From Armatimonadota bacterium (GTDB lineage: Bacteria; Armatimonadota; Armatimonadia; Armatimonadales; Capsulimonadaceae), in assembly GCA_019239955.1 (NCBI GenBank), contig JAFAZD010000348.1, positions 21,176 through 85,175 of the forward strand: a stretch of DNA of 64,000 nt, read 5' to 3'. The notes beneath the pieces are model-generated. The model saw nothing but the letters and a program-made list of their open reading frames with translations. It made no database searches and had not been told where the DNA came from. This document shows, one piece after another, positions 43,543-52,723 of this stretch. The stretch's first letter is position 1; the number at the start of each line of letters is the position of its first letter. The translations under genes and the position numbers were made by a program.

Positions 43543-44503
43543 TGCTGATGACCTCCTCCGCCAGGGCGTGGTACGGCTCCGCCTCGGGCAGGCCGGAAAA
43601 GACGATCGGGGCGCGCGCGGCGGTGGAGCCGTCCACCGCGGTGCGCTCGGGGATCACCGTCTGGAACATCCGCTTGCCGAAGATGGCGGTGGCCATCTCC
43701 ATGATGGCCGCCGCGTTGGCCGTGCCGGCGCGCTGGCGGTTCAGGACCCCGCCCAGCACGTGGATGGGGTGGCGGGACAGCTCGGCGCAGCCCTTGCGGG
43801 TGTTGAGGAGCTGGCGGACGCCCTCCAGCGAGAACGCGCCGTCGATCGGGATCAGGACGGCGTCGGAGGCGACCATGGCGTTGATGGAGAGCAGGCCGAG
43901 CGACGGGGGCGAGTCGACCAGGATGAAGTCGTAGTCCGCGCGCACCTCGTCCAGCGCCTTGTCGAGCTTCATCTCGCGGCCCATGGTGTTCTGCACGACC
44001 ATCTCGGCGGCGGCGAGGTTCAGGTGGGAGGGCGCCAGGAACAGGTTCGGGTGCTGGGCGGCGGGGCGGATGATCTGGGCGATCTGCCGGGTCGGCCCGG
44101 AGACCTCGTAGCCGAGGACGTCCGCGACCGAGGCCTCCAGGTCGTTCCAGAGGACGCCCAGGCCGAACGAGCAGTTGGCCTGGGGGTCGAAGTCCACGAT
44201 CAGCACGCGGTAGCCCTGGGTGGCGAGGGCGCCGGCCAGGTTGATCGTGATGGTCGTCTTGCCGACGCCGCCCTTCTGGTTGACGAGCGCGATGGCGGTG
44301 GTCGCCTTGCGCTTGCGGCCGGAGAGCATCTCGCGCAGGCGGCCGAGGTCCTCGGCGGTGTAGATGCGCCGCTTGCCCTCGCGGATCGACGGGGCGGCGT
44401 CGCCGCGGCGGTCCATGCGCCGCAGCGTCTCGGGCGAGATCCCCAGGACGTTGGCGGCCTGCGTGACGGTGAAGTTTTCGATCGGACGGCGGCGGACAGC
44501 CAT
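43517..44503 (-). CDS. parA: ParA/Soj-family partition ATPase with an N-terminal MerR/excisionase-type HTH.
   Basis: Deviant Walker A NQKGGVGKTT. LIVDFDPQAN. N-terminal FTVTQAANVLGISPETLRRMDRRG. Confidence 0.9.
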   Translation of the reverse strand: MAVRRRPIENFTVTQAANVLGISPETLRRMDRRGDAAPSIREGKRRIYTAEDLGRLREMLSGRKRKATTAIALVNQKGGVGKTTITINLAGALATQGYRVLIVDFDPQANCSFGLGVLWNDLEASVADVLGYEVSGPTRQIAQIIRPAAQHPNLFLAPSHLNLAAAEMVVQNTMGREMKLDKALDEVRADYDFILVDSPPSLGLLSINAMVASDAVLIPIDGAFSLEGVRQLLNTRKGCAELSRHPIHVLGGVLNRQRAGTANAAAIMEMATAIFGKRMFQTVIPERTAVDGSTAARAPIVFSGLPEAEPYHALAEEVISSVVEITGN

Positions 44504-44854
44504 CGGCGACCCTCCCGACCGGACCGCGCGGCGGGGGCGCGGTCGCGGGCAGTGCGTGTCTGCAGTGCGTGTCTTCGGCGCGGGGCGGCCAGGGAGTCCT
44601 GGCGGGACATCTAGGGAGTCCTGGCGGGACGTGCGGGCCGCCGCCGCGGGTATGCGGACATTATAGCGGCCCGGCGCCCGCTTGTCAAGGGCTTTGCGCC
44701 GTCAAGTTAAACATTTTTTTCTTGAGTGTAACCGGGAGGCGGAAAACCCGGCGGAAACAGGCGCTAAAACATAAACAGCCCCGTAATTTATATAACGGCG
44801 CGGCCGGCGGACGTCCTTTCTCACGGAGGCCTGCCCGGCCGCTCGGCGGGGAAG

Positions 44855-44872
44855 TGTCAATTCAAATTGACA
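44855..44872. promoter_or_regulatory. 18-bp palindrome upstream of parA sharing a half-site with the 42348 palindrome.
   Basis: TGTCAATT-CA-AATTGACA, in the parA-methylase intergenic region. Confidence 0.5.
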
Positions 44873-44950
44873 AAGCGCGGCTTTCTTGGGCGTGGGCGGC
44901 AGGGGCCTTCACCGAAAGTCTCCCTGCGGCCGCGCTGTGGCCGCAGGCCC

Positions 44951-45919
44951 TCACGCGGCCGCCTGACGACGGGGCCGTCCCGTGGACTCACGTCCGTTGC
45001 AGCGTCCCCGGCTTGAGGGAGGAGCGACCTCCATCCGCCCGGCCGCGCCGCCGGTCTCGCGCTCCCAGCGCCAGAGGATGAGGCCGCAGTACTCCGGGCT
45101 GATCTCCATCATGCGACAGACCCGCCTGCTCTGCTCGCAGGCCAAAAGCGTCGAGCCGCTCCCCCCGAACCCGTCGAACACGAGGTCGCCCTCCCGGCTG
45201 CTGTTCCCGATCGCCCGCGCCAGCAGCGCCAGCGGCTTGACCGTCGGGTGCGGCAGCCGGTGGCGCGGGTTGGGGACCGTCCAGACGGTGTCCTGGCCCC
45301 TCCCCCCGTGGAAGGCGTGGGGCGCGCCGGGCCGCCAGCCGTAGAGGAGCGCCTCGTGGCGGGGGTGGTAATCCGCCCGGCCCAGGGCGAAGTGGTTCTT
45401 CACCCAGACCAGCTCCTGGCGGACCGGCAGCCCGGCGTCCTGGAGGGCGAGGCGGAAGGCCAGCTGGGTGGGTCCGCCGGGGGAAAAGACGTAGAAGGGG
45501 CCGCCGGGGCGCAGGGGGACCAGGGCGAGGGCGCGGGCGAGCATGTGCCGGAGGGCGTCGGGGAGCAGCGTGTCGCCGGCCAGGGGCGGGTGCGGCCGGC
45601 GGCGGGCTTCCTGGCCGCCCTTCCCCCGGCGGGCGCGTCCCTCGGCGCGGACGCGCCCGGTGTAGGCGACGCCGTAGGGCGGGTCGGTCAGCAGCAGGTC
45701 GACGGCCTGGCCGGGGGGCAGCAGGCGCCGGACCTGCTGCGGGTCGGCGCAGTCGCCGCAGAGGAGGCGGTGCGGCCCCAGCTGCCACAGGTCGCCGGGC
45801 CGCACCCGCCGGGGCACGTCCGGCACCTCGGCGCGGATGCGATCCGGCACCTCGGCGCGGATGCGAGAGGAAGTGGGGCGAGAGGGAGCGCGGGACGTCA
45901 CGCCCAGGGGAGACGTCAC
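44951..45919 (-). CDS. N4/N6 DNA methyltransferase (beta-class motif order).
   Basis: LLLTDPPYGV (motif IV) precedes FDGFGGSGSTLLA (motif I). The GTG start forms a GTGA overlap with the upstream stop. Confidence 0.85.
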   Translation of the reverse strand: MTSPLGVTSRAPSRPTSSRIRAEVPDRIRAEVPDVPRRVRPGDLWQLGPHRLLCGDCADPQQVRRLLPPGQAVDLLLTDPPYGVAYTGRVRAEGRARRGKGGQEARRRPHPPLAGDTLLPDALRHMLARALALVPLRPGGPFYVFSPGGPTQLAFRLALQDAGLPVRQELVWVKNHFALGRADYHPRHEALLYGWRPGAPHAFHGGRGQDTVWTVPNPRHRLPHPTVKPLALLARAIGNSSREGDLVFDGFGGSGSTLLACEQSRRVCRMMEISPEYCGLILWRWERETGGAAGRMEVAPPSSRGRCNGRESTGRPRRQAAA

Positions 45920-47331
45920 GCCGACGGGCGGCTCCGGCCCCGGCCCGCCGGCTCCCCTGCGGGCGGCTCCCCCTCCGGCGGGGCACCCGTGCGGGCCCAC
46001 CGCCCGGCCCCCTTGTCCCACCGCCACTGGTGGCCGGCGGCCCGGCGCTCCCATTCGCGCCGCGCCCGCCGGTCGCCGGGCCCGTGGATGCTCAGCGCCT
46101 CCTCCTCCCGCCACAGGCGCACCGGGTCGGGGCGGGCCGGGCGCCGGTCCGTGCCGCCCCCCCGCCCCTCGTCGGTCCTCCGCCCCGCGTCGGCGAGCAG
46201 CCGGGGGAGGGCGCGGGCGAAGGCCGCCAGGGAACACTCCGCCGGCGTCCCCGCCGGGGCGGCGCCGGCCAGGAAGCGGCCCAGCAGCGCCAGCAGGCGC
46301 CCGTGGGGGCAGCGGCGCAGCAGGGCGGCGGCGAGCCGGCCCTCGCGGCCCCAGGCCAGGGAGGGCGGGGGGGCCTGAGGGAAGGCGCGCCGGCAGGCCT
46401 GCTCGTAGGCCAGCAGGAGGCGGCGCACCTCGCCGTACTCCGTCCCCTCCGTGCCGTCCTCCGGCCCCTGCGTCGCCCCCGCCAGTTGCCCCAGGACGCT
46501 CCCCCCGGCCCCCGCCCGCCGGCCCGCATGCGTGCGCTCCCCGCTCTCGGCCGACGGGCCTTCGCGTCCCGCGCCTGCGCCCTCGGGCACCACCACTTGT
46601 GCCTGTGTGCTCTCCCCTGCCTGTGTACTTTCTTCGCTGTACCGTCCCTCTTCCGGCAGTGAACCCGCCAGGGGCTCACTGCCGGAAGGCCCTCTTTTGT
46701 TTGTGCTTTCTTTTGTTGTGCGTACTTTCCCCCCAGCGGAAGGTACGCCCGCGGCCCCGTCCCCGGGGGCGGCCCGTGTCCTTTCGGCGGTGTCCCGTCC
46801 GCCCGCCCCGTCGCCCGCGCCCTCCGTGTCCCTCCCCTCCGCGTCCCGCCCCGCCGCGTCCCTCGGCCCCGCGTCCTCCCGCTCCGTGAGCGCCGGCCCC
46901 AGGCGGAACCAGTGCCGCCCCGGGTAGCGGCGGCGCGCGGCGGGCGTGGTGAGGGGCCGACCGTCCTCGGCGAGCACCTGGACCAGCCCCCGGCGCACCA
47001 GGGCGTCCAGGGCGCGGCTGATGGGCCGGGTGGAGCGGCCGGTGCGGGCGGCCAGCTGGGCCTGGGTGAGCCAGTCGCGCTCCTTGCGGGCGCCCCCGTC
47101 CCGCCCCGGCGCGGCCTGCCAGCCCAGGGTCTGGCGGACGACCACGCAGAGCAGGCGCCACTGGGTGTCGGTGAGGGCGGGCATGACGGCGTCCAGCAGG
47201 GCGGCGGGGAAGGGGACGCTGCGGGCCGGGAACGGGACGCCGCGTGCGGGGAAGGGGACGCCGGGCCCCGGCCGGTCGGCGGGGGCCGGCCCGGGGGCGG
47301 GTTCCCGGCGGGGGGCGGCGGCCCGGATCAT
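45916..47331 (-). CDS. Winged-helix replication-protein-like protein.
   Basis: LTDTQWRLLCVVVRQTLGW...WLTQAQLAARTGRSTRPISRALDALVRRGLVQV. ATGA overlap with the upstream gene. Confidence 0.6.
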   Translation of the reverse strand: MIRAAAPRREPAPGPAPADRPGPGVPFPARGVPFPARSVPFPAALLDAVMPALTDTQWRLLCVVVRQTLGWQAAPGRDGGARKERDWLTQAQLAARTGRSTRPISRALDALVRRGLVQVLAEDGRPLTTPAARRRYPGRHWFRLGPALTEREDAGPRDAAGRDAEGRDTEGAGDGAGGRDTAERTRAAPGDGAAGVPSAGGKVRTTKESTNKRGPSGSEPLAGSLPEEGRYSEESTQAGESTQAQVVVPEGAGAGREGPSAESGERTHAGRRAGAGGSVLGQLAGATQGPEDGTEGTEYGEVRRLLLAYEQACRRAFPQAPPPSLAWGREGRLAAALLRRCPHGRLLALLGRFLAGAAPAGTPAECSLAAFARALPRLLADAGRRTDEGRGGGTDRRPARPDPVRLWREEEALSIHGPGDRRARREWERRAAGHQWRWDKGAGRWARTGAPPEGEPPAGEPAGRGRSRPSA

Positions 47332-48491
47332 CCCCCCTCCCCCGGGTCCCGGGCCGGACCGCCGGGCGGCGGCCCCTCGGGCAGGGCCGGGTCGAAGGGC
47401 GGCCGTTCCTTCGGGGCCGGCGCGCCTTGGGGGAGTGGGTCCGCCTCTCCCCCGTCCTCCCCGCGCCCCGTCGGGGCTTCCGGCTTCGTCGGGGCTTCCG
47501 GCTCTGCGGGCGCTTCCGGCTCCCACGGCGCCGCCGGCCCCGGCCCGGCCTCCGGGGGGAGGCGGCGCAGGGCGGGCGGCGGGCCGTAGTCCCCGGCGAT
47601 GGCGGCCACCAGGAAGCGGGCGGGACTCTTGGCCTGCCGGTAGGGCAGCCAGTCCAATTGCCGCTGCACGGCCTCGGGGGCGCGCTCCGTCACCAGGGCC
47701 AGCGCCTGCTCCCGGTCCACCCCCCGCCGCACCAGCTGCCCCAGCAGGCCCCGCCGCGCCGGCGGCAGCGCCGCCTCCCGCTCCCGCAGGCGCTCGGCCT
47801 GCTCCCCCTGCGCCTGCACGTCCCAGCCGTAGAAGCGGGCGATCTCGGCCTCCACCTCGGCGCGCGGGCGGGCGTAATGGGCGCGGGAGTAGGCGACCAC
47901 CGCCTCCCGCCCGGCCACGGGCGGCGGGGGCGCGGGCGGGGCGTCCCGGAACTGCGGCGGGGCGTCCGCGAAGGCCAGCAGCGCGGGCGCAGGCGTGACG
48001 GCGTCCAGGCCGCTCTCGCGCGGCAGCTCGCGCAGGAGCGGCTCGCCCCGCCAGGACAGGGCGGCCAGGCGGGCGAGGCGCGGGCGGGCCCTGCCCTCCG
48101 GGACGCCCATGGCGGCGGCGAGTTCGGCGACGGCGGGGCGGACGTCCCCGTTGGGGGTGAGGAAGGTGAGCACCAGCAGCAGGGTCTTCCATTCCTCCCC
48201 CGGCAGGGCGTGCCAGAGGCCGGCGGTGCGCAGGGCGGGGGTGAGGACGAGGCGGGCGGCGGGGCGGTGGTAGCCGGCGGGGGTCTCGTCGAGGCGCCGC
48301 CGCTCGATGAGGAAGGGCCGCTCCGGGGACGGGGCGGCGGCCGGCGGGGCGGCGGCCGGTTCGGGGACGGTGGGCATGGGCGTGGGGCTAGGGATGAGGT
48401 CGGGGAGGGGAAGCCGGGGAGCGAAGAGCCGGGGGCCGGCAGGTGAGCGGGCGGGGTGGGACGGCCGGGCCGTCCCCTGGGGGAGCGTCAC
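47328..48491 (-). CDS. Hypothetical protein of the element (wHTH-like N-terminus).
   Basis: 387-aa ORF with ATGA coupling to the next gene. C-terminal QRQLDWLPYRQAKSPARFLVAAIAGDYG. The start is uncertain. Confidence 0.55.
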   Translation of the reverse strand: MTLPQGTARPSHPARSPAGPRLFAPRLPLPDLIPSPTPMPTVPEPAAAPPAAAPSPERPFLIERRRLDETPAGYHRPAARLVLTPALRTAGLWHALPGEEWKTLLLVLTFLTPNGDVRPAVAELAAAMGVPEGRARPRLARLAALSWRGEPLLRELPRESGLDAVTPAPALLAFADAPPQFRDAPPAPPPPVAGREAVVAYSRAHYARPRAEVEAEIARFYGWDVQAQGEQAERLREREAALPPARRGLLGQLVRRGVDREQALALVTERAPEAVQRQLDWLPYRQAKSPARFLVAAIAGDYGPPPALRRLPPEAGPGPAAPWEPEAPAEPEAPTKPEAPTGRGEDGGEADPLPQGAPAPKERPPFDPALPEGPPPGGPARDPGEGG

Positions 48492-48894
48492 GGCTCCCCC
48501 GGCTGCGGCCGCTCCCCCTCCTGCGGCGGGAGGGCATCCCGGCCCGGGCGCTCGTGGTCCGGGGCCGCGTCAGGTGCCGCGCCGCGTGAGGTGCCGCGCC
48601 CGGGAGGCGGCGCGGGCTGCGGGCGCAGCGATCAAGGCTGCGGGCGCAGCGGTCCCGGCTGCGCGCGTCGCGGCGGCGCCGGAAGGCGCTGGGGCGGCCC
48701 GCGCCGGGCCGCCGGGAGATGCCGGGACGTCTCCCCCGGCGGGCGCGGGGGAACGGGCGGAAGGGCCGGTCCTGCGGGAGTCGGGAGCGGGGGTCGGACG
48801 GATCATCGGGCATGGCGATAGTCGGTTACGGATGAAGCAGTGGGACAAAGCACCGGGGAAGCGGGCGGTCGGGGCGGATGCCGGAGCGCGGGCC

Positions 48895-49416
48895 TCAGGG
48901 CAGGAAGCGCAGCAGCAGCGCCAGGGCGGGCAGGGCCAGGAGCGGCGTCAGCGCCTCCTCGGCCCAGGAGCCGGTCGTCAGGCGCAGGCGGGGCGGCAGC
49001 AGGTGCCAGCGCCGGTCCCGGCGGTTGGGCCAGGCCGGGACGCCGCTCTTGGTGCAGGCGTCGGCGGCCAGGTGGCTCCCGTACCCCATGAAAAGGGCCA
49101 GGGGGGCCTCGGAGGGCCTCCAGAGGGCCAGAAAGAGGCATCCCGCGCCGAGGCCGAGCCCGCCGGCGGGCGAGTGCAGCAGGCCCCGGTGGCCGAGGGT
49201 GCGGTGCAGCGCCAGGGCCAGGGGCGCCAGGGGCCGCACGCCCCCGAGGGAGAGGGAGGCGATCTTGGAGGAGGCGGCGTCCAGGTCGGGCAGGAGCGCC
49301 CCCAGGGCGGCGAGCGCGGCCAGTCCCCCGACGTTCTGCGGGGTCAGCGCGCCGGGCACGGCCTCCAGGAGCCAGAGGGAGTTCAGGCCGACGAGCACGT
49401 GGCCGCGCCACATCAT
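48895..49416 (-). CDS. YdjM-like membrane-bound metal-dependent hydrolase.
   Basis: GHRGLLHSP...FMGYGSHLAADACTKSGVP, with flanking hydrophobic helices. Confidence 0.7.
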   Translation of the reverse strand: MMWRGHVLVGLNSLWLLEAVPGALTPQNVGGLAALAALGALLPDLDAASSKIASLSLGGVRPLAPLALALHRTLGHRGLLHSPAGGLGLGAGCLFLALWRPSEAPLALFMGYGSHLAADACTKSGVPAWPNRRDRRWHLLPPRLRLTTGSWAEEALTPLLALPALALLLRFLP

Positions 49417-49485
49417 GGCAATGATGGCAATGATGATAATGATGGCAATGAGTTCATGGCAGCGCGACTGTCATGGCCGGACTCC

Positions 49486-50157
49486 TCATCGGCGGACGGA
49501 GACGATGACGGTCAGGCCCCGGCGCGGCGGCCCGCCCCCGGCCGGTGTCTGCTGATCCGGTGTCTGCTGATCCGGTGTCTGCTGACGGGGCGGCTCGCCC
49601 CCCGAGGGGCCCGGGGCCTGTTGGCCCGGGAACTGGCGGGCGAGGCGGCGCAGCAGGTCAAGGTCCACCTCCCACGCCCCGCCCGGCGTCTGGCGCAGCC
49701 CCACCCGCCAGTCGGCCAGCAGGCGGGCCAGGCCCTCGCCGTCCACCAGGGCCAGGTCGTCCCGGGCCCCGGCGGCCTGCCGGGCCTGGGGCGAGAACGC
49801 GCCGGTGGTGACGAGCAGGCCGTGGTGGGCCTGCGCGCGGGCCAGGGCGCCGCGCAGTTCGTCCACGCAGCGCAGCTGGACCGTCCGGCCCGGGTCGTGC
49901 TTGAGCTGGACGATCAGCCTCTGGCGGGTCAGGCCGGCCTCCCACTCGGCCTCGATGTCCCAGCCGCCGGCGGCCCGCTCCCCCGCCACGAAGGCGTTGC
50001 GGCCCCGGCTTTGGGTGCGGCGGACGCGCACGCCGGTGTAGCCCATCTGGGCCAGCAGCCGGCGCAGCAGGTGCGCCACGGCCCCGAAGCTCTGGGCCTG
50101 CACCTGCGCGCGCAGCGCCTCGTGAAGCGGGCCGTGTGGTGCGCCGGTCTGCGTCAT
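49486..50157 (-). CDS. Mrr-like (restriction endonuclease fold) protein with a QQTPD x3 C-terminal repeat.
   Basis: FGAVAHLLRRLLAQMGY, WDIEAE...LIVQLKH, GLLVTTGAFS. ATGA overlap with the upstream HTH gene. Confidence 0.7.
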   Translation of the reverse strand: MTQTGAPHGPLHEALRAQVQAQSFGAVAHLLRRLLAQMGYTGVRVRRTQSRGRNAFVAGERAAGGWDIEAEWEAGLTRQRLIVQLKHDPGRTVQLRCVDELRGALARAQAHHGLLVTTGAFSPQARQAAGARDDLALVDGEGLARLLADWRVGLRQTPGGAWEVDLDLLRRLARQFPGQQAPGPSGGEPPRQQTPDQQTPDQQTPAGGGPPRRGLTVIVSVRR

Positions 50158-50615
50158 GCGCCCCCCTTCCCCGTCCCCGGCCCGGAGTGGCCGTGCCCCG
50201 CCTGTTGCTGTTCCCACCGGCGGGCCTGCTCCTGCTCCCAGGTGCGGCCGACGCGGCAGCCGGGGCAGCCGCAGAGGGCGCAGACGGCGGGGGTGGGGTA
50301 GGAGCCGTCCAGGGAGAACAGCTCGCATGGGTCCAGGCGCGTCCCCTCCCGGCCCGTGCCCTTCCAGAGCCTCGTCAGGCGCCGTTCCACCGCCTGGGTG
50401 ACCTTCCAGGCGAAGGAGAAGGAGGGGCCGCGCTGGCCGGACAGCACCCGGCTCAGGGAGGAGCGGGAGACGCCGGCCTCGGCGGCCAGGCGGGCGCGCC
50501 CGCTGGACAGGTACCAGTTGATGTGGAGCATCACCCCCTCCAGGCGCGTATGGATCAGTGGCGTGCCTGGGTCGGACGCGGGCGGACGGGATGGGAGTGT
50601 GGAGTCGGGCGGCAT
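50154..50615 (-). CDS. HTH DNA-binding protein coupled to the Mrr-like gene.
   Basis: RARLAAEAGVSRSSLSRVLSGQRGPSFSFAWKVTQAV. A C-terminal CALCGCPGC cluster. The start is uncertain (MLHINWYL is possible). Confidence 0.6.
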   Translation of the reverse strand: MPPDSTLPSRPPASDPGTPLIHTRLEGVMLHINWYLSSGRARLAAEAGVSRSSLSRVLSGQRGPSFSFAWKVTQAVERRLTRLWKGTGREGTRLDPCELFSLDGSYPTPAVCALCGCPGCRVGRTWEQEQARRWEQQQAGHGHSGPGTGKGGA

Positions 50616-51052
50616 GGGCCTCCTTTCGGGCAGTTACAGGTAAGGGGACGGGCTACCGGACGCGATCGGCACGCGCTTGGCTTCCGGCGGGCGGTCGTTC
50701 CTCCTCAGTGTAATCGCCCCGCACGCGAATGCCGGAGCGGGTTGCCTTCGGGCAATCGGCGGTGCCTCGTTACCATCTAGCGGGCCAAGACCGCCGGGTC
50801 GCCGGCGGGCTAGGGGATTGCCGGCGGGCCAGGGGATTGCCGGCGGGCCATGCGGCTTGGCCCGAAGAGGCATCCAGGAGCACGATGGCTTCACCCATCC
50901 AATGGCATCCATGCATCTGCCGACCCCCAACCCCAAGGACGTCCAGGAGTTCCAGGCCTTGTACCAGGCCCGGTTTGGTGTAGAGTTGGAGGCCGAGGCG
51001 GCCCGCCTCATGCTTACCGATCTCGTCCAGTTCTATTTCCTCACCAAAGGCC

Positions 51053-52723
51053 ATGAACTCCACCGCCACAACCAACTCGCCGGGTCGCCCCCGCGCCACG
51101 GGGCGGTACGCAATCTACGCCCGCAAGTCCCAGGAGAGCGAGGACCGGCAGGTCCAGAGCATTGACGACCAGGTGCGCCTCTGCCGGGAGATGGCGCGGG
51201 AGCGGGGCCACCAGGTCGTGCGCGTCATCGAGGAAGCCCGCTCCGCCAAGGCCCAGGGCACCCGCCCCGGCTACCGCGAACTGATAGGGCTGATCGAGCG
51301 GGGGGAGGCGGACGGGGTGCTGGCCTGGCACCCGGACCGCCTGGCCCGCAACGCCGTGGACGGCGGCTGGGTCCTGGACCTGCTGGACCGGGGCCGGATC
51401 AAGGGCCTGTCGTTCGTCTCCTACACCTTCGAGGACACGCCGGAAGGCAAGTTCATGCTGGGCATGATCTTCTCGCAGTCCAAGTACTACGTGGACAAGC
51501 TCGCCAAGGACGTGCGCCGAGGCCTGGACAGCAAGCGGGATAAGGGGCAGTACCCCCACCGCGCGCCCGAGGGCTACCTCAACAACGTCGTGGACAAGAC
51601 CATCGAGGCCGACCCCGAGCGCTTCCCCCTGCTGCGCCAGGCCGTCGAGCTGGTTCTGCAGCGGGTACTGTTGCCCAGCCAGGTGCTGGCGAAGCTCAAC
51701 GGGCAGTGGGGCTACCGGACCCGCCGAACCAAGCGCAGCAAGGGCGGTCCGCTCTCGCGGACCAGCTTCTACGACCTGCTCTCCAGCCCCTTCTACTACG
51801 GCGAGTGCCGGGAGAAGGGGCGCGTGTACCCCGGCGCGCACCCGCCCCTGATAAGCCGCGAGGAATTCGAGGAGATCCAGCGGATTTTGGGCCGGCCCGA
51901 GAAGCCGAAGGCGCAGAAGCACGCCTTCGCGCTGACCGGGCTGATCCGGTGCGGGCGGTGTGGCTCCATGATCACGGCGACAATCTCCAAGGGGCACGTC
52001 TACTACCACTGCACCAACCGCCGGGGCGACTGCACCAAGGCCGGCGTCCGGGCGGAGGTCCTGGAGGGTCAGGTGCGGGAGCGGCTCGCGCGGCTCGCGG
52101 TCCCGGCGTTCCTGGAGCCGCTCCTGCTGGGGATGGTGGAGCGCTTCTTCGCCGAGACCTACGGGCGGGGCCGGCAGGTCGAGGAGAGCCGGCACCGGGC
52201 ACTAGAGGAGGCGCAGCGGCAGATGCAGGGACTGGTCTCCATGCGGCTGCGGGAGCTGCTCACGGACGCGGAGTACCTGGAACAGAAGCAGCGGCTACAG
52301 GAGCAGATCGACGGGCTACGGCGGGAAATCGATGCGGCGGAACACGTCATGGAACAGGCGCTGGAGACCGCGGAGAACGTGATCCACTACGCGGCATGGG
52401 CGGGGCGGGCCTTCGCCGAGGGCGGGCCGGAGGAGCGGCGGCAGATCGCGGGCCTGCTGGGGAGCCGCTTCGTTCTAACCGAGGGAAACCTGCTCCTGGA
52501 GCCGAATCCCTACCTGGCGCCCTTCGCCCAGGATCACGCGGAATTGGCAGGGTTCAAACCGCCGGAAAGCGGCCCCGGGAGCGCAAAAAGGACCGACGCG
52601 GAGGCGCCGGTCCCTCTTGGCTGCCCATCGGGGACTGCATTCAAATTGGGCGGCTTGATTGCACGGTATGAGGAGTACTTCCCGCCACTGCCTTTCGGCC
52701 CGACCCTGCCCGGCCTTTCGTGA
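51053..52723 (+). CDS. Large serine recombinase (resolvase domain + recombinase domain + zinc ribbon).
   Basis: YAIYARKSQESEDRQVQSIDDQ (catalytic Ser context), VLAWHPDRLARN, LIRCGRCGSMITA...YYHCTN. Confidence 0.9.
   Translation: MNSTATTNSPGRPRATGRYAIYARKSQESEDRQVQSIDDQVRLCREMARERGHQVVRVIEEARSAKAQGTRPGYRELIGLIERGEADGVLAWHPDRLARNAVDGGWVLDLLDRGRIKGLSFVSYTFEDTPEGKFMLGMIFSQSKYYVDKLAKDVRRGLDSKRDKGQYPHRAPEGYLNNVVDKTIEADPERFPLLRQAVELVLQRVLLPSQVLAKLNGQWGYRTRRTKRSKGGPLSRTSFYDLLSSPFYYGECREKGRVYPGAHPPLISREEFEEIQRILGRPEKPKAQKHAFALTGLIRCGRCGSMITATISKGHVYYHCTNRRGDCTKAGVRAEVLEGQVRERLARLAVPAFLEPLLLGMVERFFAETYGRGRQVEESRHRALEEAQRQMQGLVSMRLRELLTDAEYLEQKQRLQEQIDGLRREIDAAEHVMEQALETAENVIHYAAWAGRAFAEGGPEERRQIAGLLGSRFVLTEGNLLLEPNPYLAPFAQDHAELAGFKPPESGPGSAKRTDAEAPVPLGCPSGTAFKLGGLIARYEEYFPPLPFGPTLPGLS

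Noticed and set aside
48307-50301. 664-aa plus-strand ORF, and similar long ORFs at 55329-56570 (-), 57138-58601 (-), 24716-26203 (-), 20773-22587 (-) and 11146-12615 (+).
   Set aside because: All overlap better-supported genes on the opposite strand or in another frame. They lack SDs and translate to low-complexity Arg/Gly/Pro/Ala sequence.
50902-51165. Small ORF (MASMHLPTPNPKDVQEFQALYQARFGVELEAEAARLMLTDLVQFYFL...) upstream of the serine recombinase gene, and overlapping it by 112 nt.
   Set aside because: The first ~50 residues look protein-like, but the ORF runs deep into the well-supported recombinase frame and has no clear SD. It might be a short upstream gene with a different real stop, or a frameshifted N-terminal extension. 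It is not called.
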